Positions 44,836-50,101 of a DNA stretch of 50,101 nucleotides are shown here, in pieces. The notes under the pieces are model-generated. The model did no database searches. It saw nothing but the letters and a program-made list of their open reading frames with translations, and was not told the origin of the DNA. The stretch comes from Myxococcota bacterium (GTDB lineage Bacteria; Myxococcota_A; UBA796; CAJQPC01): positions 1 to 50,101 of the forward strand of contig JAZAMN010000035.1 in NCBI GenBank assembly GCA_036229005.1. The letters run 5' to 3'. The translations under genes were made by a program, and so were the position numbers. How positions within the stretch are numbered: position 1 is the first letter of the stretch; every line of letters starts with the position of its first letter.

Positions 44836-45459
44836 ATGCGTGCCCTCTCCACCCTGATCGGTGTCGGCCTGCTCGCCGGCGCGACCCTCATCTCCACTGA
44901 CGCAGAAGCCGGCGGCCTCGGCGTGGTGGTCGGTGGGGGCACGCACAGCACCCCCGTGACCCTGTACGACGGGGACAACAACCTCAAGGCCTACCGCCTG
45001 CACCAGATGCGCCCCATGACCACCCTGGGCTTCCAGATGCTGCTGGGTGACCGGGACGACCGGATCGTCGGCGTGGGCCGCCTCTACTGGACCTCCGACT
45101 TCCCCCAGGTCGCAGGCAACCTGGAGCAGCGCGCTCAGGACGAGGGCGCGAGCTCCAACCTGCAGTACGCCCTGATCTCCGACTACCGCAACACCGGCCT
45201 GGCCACCGCGGGCATCCAGTGGGGTATCTGGGGCGACAGCACCGGCGGGTTCTCCGTCAACGTCCTCACCAGCATCGGCGCTGGCTTCATGACCGTGGAC
45301 ACCACCGAGTTCCTGGCGTGGGAGCTGGGCCCTGGCGTCCAGTACGCCTTCTCCAAGCGCATCCAGGCCAACGCCGAGGTGCTGTACCAGGGGCGCTACC
45401 GCAAGTCCTCCACCCACGGCGTCAACGCCACCGTGGGTGTGCGCTACCTCTTCGACTGA
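44836..45459 (+). CDS. Outer-membrane beta-barrel protein (8-strand type)
   Basis: Signal peptide ending AEA; amphipathic strands; C-terminal VGVRYLFD. Confidence 0.75.
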   Translation: MRALSTLIGVGLLAGATLISTDAEAGGLGVVVGGGTHSTPVTLYDGDNNLKAYRLHQMRPMTTLGFQMLLGDRDDRIVGVGRLYWTSDFPQVAGNLEQRAQDEGASSNLQYALISDYRNTGLATAGIQWGIWGDSTGGFSVNVLTSIGAGFMTVDTTEFLAWELGPGVQYAFSKRIQANAEVLYQGRYRKSSTHGVNATVGVRYLFD

Positions 45460-45582
45460 AGGGGCCTCCAGGGCGCTCTCGGCGGTCTCGGCCCGCCGAT
45501 CCCAGGCGTTGCCCCCTTGTTGCACGAATGACTCGCGACCAGCCCGCCCCGCGACTGTAGATGGTTGGGACAAGGAGCGGTC

Positions 45583-46386
45583 GTGCGCGACAGCCAGTAC
45601 GAGCACCTGCCCGGTCCGGGCGTGGGTGTCACCCACCGATATGGGCCCCAGGTCCACATCCTCTCCCAGCCCTGGCCCATGAGCCTGCTGGCTGAGCTCT
45701 GTCGGCCGGAGACCACCCAGCCTCGCTTCAACCAGCTCCTCACGCTGCTCTTTGACTGGATGCTGCCGGAGATCGTCGGGCGTGAGCTCGCGCTGTCCGA
45801 CTGCGAGCGCACCACGCGCATGCCCGACGCGGCCTACCGGGGGCAGATCGTCGATCCCGACCAAGCCGCCGTGGTGGCTGCTGTGGCTCGAGGAGGGATC
45901 CCGCCTGCTCAGCGCTTCTATGATCACCTCAACCAGCTCCTGGACCCCTCCAAGGTCCGGCAGGACCACCTGTTCATGGCGAGGAAGACCGACGCCGACG
46001 GGCACGTGGTCGGGGTGGACGTCTCCGGCTCAAAGCTCGGCGGCGGTGTCCAGGACGCGACCCTGCTGATCCCGGACCCCATGGGGGCCACTGGGGGATC
46101 CATCGTGCAGACCCTGGAGATCTACCGAGACCAGGTCCCTGGGACGCCTCGGCGGGTGGTCTGCGCCCACCTCATCATCACCCCCGAGTACATCCGGCGG
46201 GTGCTGAGCGCCTTCCCGGAGGCGCACATCTACACCATCCGCCTGGATCGGGGTCTGAGCACTCCCCAGGCACTTGCGCAGGCCCCCGGCACCCTCTGGG
46301 ACCAGGAGAAGGGCCTGAACGATCACGACTACATCGTGCCCGGGGCCGGCGGCCTCGGCGAGCTGATGAACAACGCCTGGGTGTGA
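45583..46386 (+). CDS. upp: Uracil phosphoribosyltransferase-like protein
   Basis: VARGG, PDPMGATGGS PRPP loop, YIVPGAGGLGE; AAGGAG precedes the GTG at 45583. Confidence 0.8.
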   Translation: MRDSQYEHLPGPGVGVTHRYGPQVHILSQPWPMSLLAELCRPETTQPRFNQLLTLLFDWMLPEIVGRELALSDCERTTRMPDAAYRGQIVDPDQAAVVAAVARGGIPPAQRFYDHLNQLLDPSKVRQDHLFMARKTDADGHVVGVDVSGSKLGGGVQDATLLIPDPMGATGGSIVQTLEIYRDQVPGTPRRVVCAHLIITPEYIRRVLSAFPEAHIYTIRLDRGLSTPQALAQAPGTLWDQEKGLNDHDYIVPGAGGLGELMNNAWV

Positions 46387-46913
46387 GCATGGAACAAGAG
46401 CGACTCAAGACCCTGTTGGACGAAGAGACCCTGCAGGAGCGGGTCCGCAACCTCGGCGGTGAGATCCGCGAGGTCTACGGCGACGAGCCCATCACCGTCA
46501 TCGCGGTGCTCAAGGGCAGCTTCATCTTCGTGGCCGACCTGGTCCGCGCCATCGGCGGGGACGTGAAGGTCGAGTTCCTGGGGGTGTCCAGCTACCACGG
46601 CGGCACCCGGTCCTCTGGCGCGGTCAAGATCGTCCAGGACCTGCGCCACCCCATCGAGGGCCAGCATGTGCTGGTGGTCGAGGACATCGTCGATACCGGC
46701 CTGACCATGGACTACCTGCACCGCATGCTGCAGGTGCGCGGCCCCAAGAGCCTGCGCGTCGCCACGCTGCTGGACAAGCCCTCCAACCGCGAGATCGAGG
46801 TCGAGGTGGACTTCGTGGGCTTCTCGATCCCCGACGAGTTCGTGGTCGGCTACGGCCTGGACCTGGGCGAGCTCTACCGGAACCTGCCCTACATCGCCGT
46901 CTACACCCCCTGA
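46383..46913 (+). CDS. hpt: Hypoxanthine phosphoribosyltransferase
   Basis: VLKGSFIF, SSY, VEDIVDTGLT, LLDKP, FVVGYGLD, YRNLPYI. Confidence 0.96.
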   Translation: MSMEQERLKTLLDEETLQERVRNLGGEIREVYGDEPITVIAVLKGSFIFVADLVRAIGGDVKVEFLGVSSYHGGTRSSGAVKIVQDLRHPIEGQHVLVVEDIVDTGLTMDYLHRMLQVRGPKSLRVATLLDKPSNREIEVEVDFVGFSIPDEFVVGYGLDLGELYRNLPYIAVYTP

Positions 46914-46929
46914 GCCCAGGGGGGCTCAG
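46910..46929. terminator. Short hairpin between convergent genes (possible terminator)
   Basis: CTGAGCCC-AGGG-GGGCTCAG; no U-tract. Confidence 0.3.
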
Positions 46930-46941
46930 TCCCCGGAGTGC

Positions 46942-47424
46942 TCAGTCTCCGGAGTCCTGGGGGGCGGTGTCCTGGGACCCGGTGTCCTCGCCGGTGTCAC
47001 CGGTGTCGCTCTGTGCGAGCACGCTGAGCTGCAGGGGCCGGTCCGAGGCCCCGTACTTGTTGAAGAACTGGATGGGGTACTGCCCAGCAGCCAGCTCGGG
47101 CACTTGGAAAGAGAGGGTCTCCACACAGGTGGAGCACTCCTCGCTGCACGCGTCGCAGTCATCGATGCAGGGGTCGCACTCGGCGTCCTCCATGCAGGTG
47201 TCGCAGGTGTCGCAGTCGCTGCGCTCCAGAGCGGTGATCTCCGCCGCCTGACCGCCCATGTACAGGGCGCTGTCCGAGAGCTCCGAGAGGGGGCTGGCGC
47301 TGAGGGTGACGGACTCCCCGACCAGGGCCTGGGTGGGCTCCAGGGACTCCAGGGAGATGCGGCAGGTGTACACCGTCGTGGTGGAAGAGGTGTCGCAGGC
47401 CAGCAGGCCGAGCAGCAGCAGCAT
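46942..47424 (-). CDS. Cys-rich lipoprotein (IPT/TIG-like fold with a CxxCxxC insert)
   Basis: Lipobox LLAC; CDTCDTC...CDPC..DCDAC...CSTC. Confidence 0.7.
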   Translation of the reverse strand: MLLLLGLLACDTSSTTTVYTCRISLESLEPTQALVGESVTLSASPLSELSDSALYMGGQAAEITALERSDCDTCDTCMEDAECDPCIDDCDACSEECSTCVETLSFQVPELAAGQYPIQFFNKYGASDRPLQLSVLAQSDTGDTGEDTGSQDTAPQDSGD

Positions 47425-50101
47425 CAGTAGATCTCCACGGTGTCGTCGGCCGCCGCCTGGCCGACCTCGCCCACGATGTTGTCGGGCACGGTGCCGGGCA
47501 CGAAGGGCATGCTGCGCCCGCCGCGGGCCACGTTGCCGGTGCTCTCGTCGATGGGGGCCCAGACCGCGCCGGGGATGGGGTCAAAGTCCCGGTCGATGTC
47601 CTTGGGCCAGGCCTTCTCCATGAAGGCCATCCACATGGGGAGGCTGACGCGCCCGCCGGTGCTGGAGACGCCCATGGAGCGGGGCTGGTCGTAGCCGGCC
47701 CAGGTGGTGGTCACGATGCCGGGGGAGAAGCCCGTGAACCAGCCGTCCTTGAAGTCGTTGGTCGTGCCGGTCTTGCCCGCGACGTGGGTGCCCAGGCGGT
47801 TGGTGGCGGCGCCGGTGCCGGCGGTGGCGACCTCGTGCAGCAGCCAGGTCACGATGCCGGCCACGGTGGGATCCAGCACCTGCTCGGGCTCCTGCAGCTT
47901 GTGCTGCTCGAGCACGTTGCCGTCGCGGTCCTCGATGCGCTCGATGAAGTAGGGCTCCACCTTCTTGCCGTAGGTCGCGAACACGGAGTAGGCGCGGGCC
48001 ATCTCGATCATCGTGATGCTGCCCGAGCCCAGCCCCATGGACAGATCCACGCTCATCTCGGACTCGATGCCCAGGTTGCGGGCCATGTCGTACACGACCT
48101 CCATCCCGATCACGTCGAGCACGCGCACGGTGACCACGTTGCGGGACAGCGCCAGGCCGCGGCGCAGGCTGATGTTGCCCAGGTAGTCCTCGCCGTAGTT
48201 GCCCGGCTTCCACATCTTGCCTTGGCTGTGGTCGTAGAAGGTGAGGGGGGCGTCCAGGACCATCGACCCCGCCGTGAACTTCTTCTCGTTGATGGCCGTG
48301 GCGTACACGATGGGCTTGAAGGTCGAGCCCACCTGGCGCTTGGCCTGGATCGCCCGGTTGAACTCGCTGTCCTCGATGTCGACGCCGCCCACCATCGCGA
48401 TGACCCGTCCGTCGTCCAGGTCGTAGGCCAGCAGCGCGCCCTGCAGCTCGGGGTCCTGGTAGAGCTTGACCGCGGCCTTGCCCTTGGCGGCGTCATAGCC
48501 GCTCAGGTTGTCCACGCTCTGGCTGTCCAGGGCCTCGACCGTGACCATGACCACGTCGCCCACGTTGAGCGCCTTGCTCAGGTCGTCTTGCCCTCGGTAG
48601 CGCCAGCTGCGCTCGGGGTTGGGCTCAAAGGACCACTTGGTCCAGGACAGGGGGATGATGGCCCGGTGCCGACCGATGCCGACGATGGCGTGCTTGCGCT
48701 CGACCTCCAGGACCACCGCCTCGAAGCGCTCGCCCTCTCGCAGAGAGCTCTGGGCGGGGACCGGGTTGCGCCGCGCGTTGTCCTCCAGGAACTGGTCCTG
48801 CTCGCGCATGGCCTGCTCCTGGGTCTCCAGGCGGGCCTTGATCGCCGCGTCCCCCTTGAGCGCCTCGATGGGGCCGCGCCAGCCGAACTTCATGTCCTGG
48901 TCGGTGATGTGCTCGGTCACCGCCGTCTGGGCGACCTGCTGCAGCTCCAGGTCGCAGGTGGTGTGGACCACCAGGCCCTCGTTGTAGACCCGGTCAAAGC
49001 CGTAGGTGTCCACCAGGTGCCGCCGCACGTGCTCGGTGTAGTAGGGCGCGAGCTTGCGGATGGGGTTCTCGCTCTTGACGATGCGGATCTCCTCGTCCAG
49101 CGCGGCGTCGTGCTCGGCCTGGGAGATGAAGCCCTTCTCCTTCATCTGGCGCAGCACGTAGGTCTGGCGGCCGCGGGCCGACTTCCAGTTCCGGTGGGGG
49201 CTGTAGTCGCTGGGCCGCTGGGGCAGGCCGGCCAGCAGCGCGGACTCCGCCAGGGTCAAGTCCTGCACGTGCTTGTCAAAGTAGATGCGGGCCGCCGCCT
49301 CGACCCCGTAGGCTCCGGAGCCCAGGTAGATCTCGTTCAGGTACAGGTGGAGGATCTCGTCCTTGTCAAAGGCCTCCTCCACCCGCGTGGCCAGGACCAT
49401 CTCCTTCATCTTTCGGGAGATCTTCTTGTCCTTAGTCAGCAGGAAGTTCCGGGCCACCTGCTGGGTGATGGTGGACGCCCCCTGCTCCATGCCGCCGGCC
49501 TTGAGGTTCGCCCACATCGCGCGGCCGATCCCCATCAGGTCCACGCCGCCGTGGTTCTCGAAGTTCGCGTCCTCCGCCGCCATGAAGGCGTAGCGGGTGT
49601 GCTTGGGGATCTCCTCGATCGGCACCACGTAGCGCCGCTGCTCGTAGATCTCGCCCAGCAGCTCGCCGTTGCGGTCGTAGACCACCGTGACCGTGGGCGG
49701 CCGGTAGTTCTCCAGGGTCTCCAAGGTCGGCAGATCCTGGCTGTAGTACCAGAAGGCCCCCCCCAGAGTCGCCGCGCCCGCGATGCCCCCCAGCAGGGTG
49801 AGCGCGACCCCGACCCGCAGCAGCTTGCCGAACAGGCCCCGCTTCTTCTTGGGGGCCTCCGCCTTGGCCGAGCTCGGTCGCCTGGGGGTCTTGGGGGGAG
49901 GGGGAGGAGCGGCTGCAGGGCGCGGCGCCATTTCCGTCTTCTCTGTTGGGGAGGGCTGCCTGCGCGCCACCTGGGTCGGGGCTGCCTGGTCCATGCGAGG
50001 TGCGGCTGGGGGCGGCGTGACGACCGGCGGCGCCTTGCGGGCCGGCTGCGCAGGAGGCGGAGCGACGGCGGTGGGGCGGCTGCTGGGGGTGGGGCGGGGA
50101 G
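47424..50101 (-). CDS. mrcA: Class A penicillin-binding protein 1A; 5' end lies beyond the window
   Basis: AAEDANF..HGGVD, GASTITQQVARN, RKMKE (transglycosylase); GSTFKP, SRN, KTG (transpeptidase). The Pro-rich frame stays open from 49994 to the window end. Confidence 0.95.
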   Translation of the reverse strand, partial: PRPTPSSRPTAVAPPPAQPARKAPPVVTPPPAAPRMDQAAPTQVARRQPSPTEKTEMAPRPAAAPPPPPKTPRRPSSAKAEAPKKKRGLFGKLLRVGVALTLLGGIAGAATLGGAFWYYSQDLPTLETLENYRPPTVTVVYDRNGELLGEIYEQRRYVVPIEEIPKHTRYAFMAAEDANFENHGGVDLMGIGRAMWANLKAGGMEQGASTITQQVARNFLLTKDKKISRKMKEMVLATRVEEAFDKDEILHLYLNEIYLGSGAYGVEAAARIYFDKHVQDLTLAESALLAGLPQRPSDYSPHRNWKSARGRQTYVLRQMKEKGFISQAEHDAALDEEIRIVKSENPIRKLAPYYTEHVRRHLVDTYGFDRVYNEGLVVHTTCDLELQQVAQTAVTEHITDQDMKFGWRGPIEALKGDAAIKARLETQEQAMREQDQFLEDNARRNPVPAQSSLREGERFEAVVLEVERKHAIVGIGRHRAIIPLSWTKWSFEPNPERSWRYRGQDDLSKALNVGDVVMVTVEALDSQSVDNLSGYDAAKGKAAVKLYQDPELQGALLAYDLDDGRVIAMVGGVDIEDSEFNRAIQAKRQVGSTFKPIVYATAINEKKFTAGSMVLDAPLTFYDHSQGKMWKPGNYGEDYLGNISLRRGLALSRNVVTVRVLDVIGMEVVYDMARNLGIESEMSVDLSMGLGSGSITMIEMARAYSVFATYGKKVEPYFIERIEDRDGNVLEQHKLQEPEQVLDPTVAGIVTWLLHEVATAGTGAATNRLGTHVAGKTGTTNDFKDGWFTGFSPGIVTTTWAGYDQPRSMGVSSTGGRVSLPMWMAFMEKAWPKDIDRDFDPIPGAVWAPIDESTGNVARGGRSMPFVPGTVPDNIVGEVGQAAADDTVEIY

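Overview
This is a very GC-rich bacterial chromosomal segment, most likely Myxococcota. That assignment is inferred from a MYXO-CTERM-type protein, MopE-like/FG-GAP lipoproteins and a eukaryotic-type Ser/Thr kinase. The first ~2.2 kb is non-coding or degraded: tandem copies of a ~148-bp multi-hairpin repeat, a decayed IS256 element, and a ~600-bp tandem duplication carrying oppositely oriented arrays of 31-bp repeats. The rest is mostly housekeeping and accessory genes: bfr/bfd, an ECF sigma/anti-sigma operon, a fused 2-oxoacid dehydrogenase E1 with an acyltransferase, ppx/sixA, two AhcY homologues, a cyclophilin, cysC, a GMC oxidoreductase, a TPP lyase, panD, MoxR-VWA-selD, coaB, PNP, arcC, rnd, ridA, upp, hpt and a 5'-truncated PBP1A. 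The strongest candidate is a programmed -1 frameshift at an A9 run (32030-32038) joining the MoxR AAA+ ATPase to its VWA partner, with an upstream SD-like GGAGG and a downstream pseudoknot-like structure. Other notable candidates are a family of 31-bp-phased inverted repeat arrays (three loci), a dispersed triple-hairpin repeat with compensatory base changes, an E2-less E1 plus acyltransferase pair, and a divergent AhcY paralogue. All calls are from reading the sequence only; no database searches were run.
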